From NCBI GenBank assembly GCA_003971905.1, contig RSEE01000003.1:992001-1056000 (forward strand): a stretch of 64,000 bases of DNA, in the 5' to 3' direction. Below, piece by piece: positions 63,991 to 64,000 of the stretch; position 1 is the first letter of the stretch, and each line of letters opens with the position of its first letter. The notes beneath the pieces are model-generated. The model was not told where the DNA came from. It did not search any database and worked only from the letters and a program-made list of their open reading frames with translations. The stretch is from Moniliella sp. 'wahieum'. Lineage: Eukaryota. Made by a program: the position numbers and the translations under genes.

Positions 63991-64000
63991 TAATAATAGT

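Noticed and set aside
1..64000. tRNA or rRNA genes
   Set aside because: No cloverleaf with T-loop and D-loop consensus, and no rRNA-like segment, recognised by eye. tRNAscan-SE or Infernal would be decisive.

Overview
Gene-dense, GC-rich eukaryotic DNA from a fungus, most likely a basidiomycete (inferred from short GT-AG introns with CTAAC/CTGAC branch sites and from the protein families). About 22 protein-coding genes can be reconstructed. Named genes: transportin/KAP104, RAM2, RAD7, ESF2, SEC63, FAD1, SFH1, GDI1 and OXR1. Family-level calls: a PAQR/IZH receptor, an SR splicing factor, a degenerate eIF4A-like DEAD-box protein, an amino-acid permease, an ING/PHD protein, a DHA1 MFS transporter, a DUF3445 N-demethylase-like protein, a Zn2Cys6 factor and a bacterial-type PI-PLC. 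There is also a GG-repeat (Jupiter/HN1-like) protein and three hypotheticals. Nearly all genes are broken by single-base frameshifts; several checked sit at homopolymers, which points to an unpolished long-read assembly, so gene ends are approximate. The most unusual signal is non-coding. Intergenic DNA, above all about 30.5-32.9 kb and 62-64 kb, carries 7-bp-periodic arrays that follow one rule: a palindromic hexamer A-xyy'x'-T plus one G or C. 14 of the 16 possible cores were read, and different palindromes alternate in phase within single arrays. No tRNA, rRNA, CRISPR array or intact transposon could be supported.
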